DNA from: Octopus vulgaris
Lineage: Eukaryota
Direction of reading: 5' to 3'
Assembly (NCBI GenBank): GCA_951406725.2
Contig: OX597828.1
Span: 59,334,001 to 59,398,000, forward strand
DNA: 64,000 bases
Every line of letters starts with the position of its first letter. The stretch's first letter is position 1. The notes under the pieces were generated by a model. The model saw only the letters and a list, made by a program, of their open reading frames with translations, had not been told where the DNA came from and did no database searches. Made by a program: the position numbers and the translations under genes. Of this stretch, positions 63,711 through 64,000 are shown piece after piece.

Positions 63711-63779
63711 CTTGGAAGTTTCACCAGCACAGCCTGCAACATTTCTCTTGGCGTTGCTGTAGGATTCAAACGTGTCAGG

Positions 63780-64000
63780 TCTATGTCATGAATCCTATTA
63801 AGTTTGATCATCAAGTGTCTAAGAATCATCGGAATAACAGTTAATCACAGTATTAGTTGAGATGGAATAAGTTACCGAGATGATATTTTCGGAGAACTGC
63901 TTATGATGTGGGTGATATCTTCAGTTTGGACTCCACAAAGTCTCTATCGGTTGTTACTTTTTACGGCTTTGCCCGCATCTGTGTGCATGTCATTATTCAG
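63780..64000 (-). pseudogene. R4-like RLE element zinc-knuckle fragment
   Basis: Minus strand NR*RLCGVQTEDITHIISSSPKISSR (decayed CxxC..H..C knuckle). Runs off the window edge. Confidence 0.6.

Overview
AT-rich, microsatellite-saturated eukaryotic DNA. The tRNA-derived SINE families present point to an octopus genome (inference). No host protein-coding gene can be supported: almost all ORFs in the supplied track are translations of (TA)n, (CA)n, (TACA)n, (TAA)n, (CTT)n repeats or of SINEs. The window is largely decayed transposons: a 5'-truncated HERO/NeSL-type RLE retrotransposon with an open 3' ORF (~800-2720,+); a frameshifted CR1/L2-group LINE whose ORF1 carries tandem CCCH zinc fingers (17731-21457,-); a frameshifted Penelope-like element with Naiad-type RT/GIY-YIG motifs (49143-52075,-); several R4/Dong-type fragments in (TAA)n or (TACA)n tracts; two mariner relics; probable Chapaev, RTE and Gypsy relics; a MITE with 8-bp TSD; many SINEs; and a 100-N gap. 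The most notable signal is at the RNA level. About ten minimal hammerhead-ribozyme motifs, intact to decayed, lie in short foldback repeats between (TA)n tracts. The HERO 3' UTR also contains hammerhead core strands and helices I and III in a non-circularly permuted order. All structures were read by eye; none was computed or tested.
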